A DNA stretch of 24,000 bases from an uncultured Pygmaiobacter sp. (lineage in GTDB: Bacteria; Bacillota; Clostridia; Oscillospirales; Ruminococcaceae). Shown one piece after another: positions 23,132 to 24,000 of the stretch. The stretch spans positions 328,105 through 352,104 of the forward strand of contig CAXXMP010000001.1 of the NCBI GenBank assembly GCA_963664775.2, read 5' to 3'. The position numbers were made by a program, and so were the translations under genes. Within the stretch, counting starts at the first letter, position 1. Each line of letters begins with the position of its first letter. The notes under the pieces were generated by a model that did not search any database, was not told the origin of the DNA, and saw only the letters and a program-made list of their open reading frames with translations.

Positions 23132-23576
23132 ATTTGAAGTATCGGCGAAGATGGCACGGCAGAGGATAATCTGAGATTTTGCTACAGTGAAACGAGTGTT
23201 ACAAGAAATCTGTTCTGTTCTTCAAAATCCGTTGTGGGTGCAGTCAAGGCAAAAATGCCGTTGCTTGCGGGTAAAAATCAAAGCGGTACCCGCTTTTTGT
23301 CCTGGGTGGCGGCACAGAGGCCGCCGATACCCAGCCACAGTGGCAGCAAAATTTGACAGCACTGCGAAGCACCTTGTCTTTTTAGCAGTGGTGGCAACAT
23401 AGGGAGTAAAGCCACTGGTTTATGCCGGTGTTTTAGCTATGCTTACCGGACCATATTTGTTGCAATATCGGCGGTTTTACCATGCAAGGACGGGGTGGGC
23501 TGTAATTTTTCTGTACGTGATATCGTTTTCTTGAGTAAGATTACTTGTAAATGACCGCATAAATGGAGGATTGACG

Positions 23577-24000
23577 ATGCACCGCAACGCGACAGCAGCA
23601 AACGGCACCGCCCCGCGCCCAAAAAACAGGTCAGCTTTGCGTATTGCCGTTGGCAATGCCTGTTACGGTACGGCCCGCAGATTGAGCTGGCTGCTGCATG
23701 CTGGCCGTTTTGCCCGGCAACAGGTGCCGCCGCTGCCTTTTTTACAGTTTGCACACCACACGCCGCTGCTGCGCAAGCTGAAAGATGTTGACATGAAGTA
23801 CCAATACAATAAAATCATCAACCTGCGCCTTGCCGTAAAAAAACTGAACGGGGTGGTGGTGCGCCCGGGCGAAACCTTGAGTTATTGGCGTTTGATTGGT
23901 AAGCCGACCCGCCGGGCAGGGTATGTAGATGGGATGATACTGCGCGGCGGCAGGGTTTGCAGCGGGGTCGGCGGCGGGCTTTGCCAGCTTTCCAACCTGA
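23577..24000 (+). CDS. VanW-family protein, 5' part (runs off the window)
   Basis: This ORF is not in the track because it is open-ended. The ATG at 23577 lies 6 nt after GGAGGA. The translation MHRNATAANG...KYQYNKIINLRLAVKKLNGVVVRPGETLSYWRLIGKPTRRAGYVDGMILRGG...GGGLCQLSNL carries the VanW-domain signature GGGxCQxSn. Confidence 0.75.
   Translation, partial: MHRNATAANGTAPRPKNRSALRIAVGNACYGTARRLSWLLHAGRFARQQVPPLPFLQFAHHTPLLRKLKDVDMKYQYNKIINLRLAVKKLNGVVVRPGETLSYWRLIGKPTRRAGYVDGMILRGGRVCSGVGGGLCQLSNL

Noticed and set aside
23141-23200. TPP or fluoride riboswitch-like fragments (CTGAGA; GGCGAAGATGGCAC)
   Set aside because: Only isolated short matches are present. The remaining conserved elements (ACCUGAUCUGGAUAAUGCCAGCG for TPP, the pseudoknot partners for fluoride) are absent.
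23443-23754. 103-aa minus-strand ORF and 71-aa plus-strand ORF (23187-23402) near vanW
   Set aside because: The first is antisense to the VanW N-terminus. The second starts at a GTG with no RBS, crosses a terminator hairpin and is Arg/Cys-rich. Neither looks like a real protein.

Overview
This 24 kb window looks like chromosomal DNA from a moderately high-GC Clostridia-type Firmicute. The indicators are GGAGG-type RBSs, split SdaAB/SdaAA serine dehydratase, GlpP, an IS200 and an ECF sigma with a zf-HC2 anti-sigma. I can support about 24 protein-coding genes. They are a rhomboid protease, a methyl-accepting chemotaxis protein (MCP) followed by a stand-alone HD-GYP protein, and KDPG aldolase. 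Next come adenine deaminase, a class-3-like aldehyde dehydrogenase, a YcxB-like protein, and one intact-looking IS200 (TnpA only). Then a GlpP-like antiterminator with an acyl-ACP thioesterase, and two coupled unknown membrane proteins divergent from sdaAB-sdaAA. A four-gene ECF sigma / anti-sigma / two-membrane-protein operon follows, then a small-multidrug-export-family protein. The remainder is galE plus an unassigned sugar nucleotidyltransferase, a MerR regulator divergent from a DUF362/4Fe-4S protein, an AraC regulator, and the 5' part of a VanW-family gene. I saw no rRNA, tRNA or CRISPR array. Most intergenic regions contain ordinary promoters and long-stem hairpin terminators. The stand-out is the ~800-bp AT-rich island between the rhomboid and MCP genes (832-1625). 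There a perfect 19-bp inverted repeat brackets a 344-bp segment carrying a consensus TTGACA-17-TATAAT promoter aimed at the MCP/HD-GYP genes, plus phased 12-bp TTGACGGC repeats. I read this as a candidate invertible-promoter (phase-variation) switch, with a MITE or an operator pair as alternatives. Secondary leads are a textbook 19-bp-spacer MerR-type promoter driving the DUF362 Fe-S gene, the uncharacterised ECF membrane module, and an orphan GlpP. Others are a possible split transporter beside serine dehydratase and an unexplained ~450-bp structured leader before vanW. All functional calls rest on motif recognition by eye; no database search was run.
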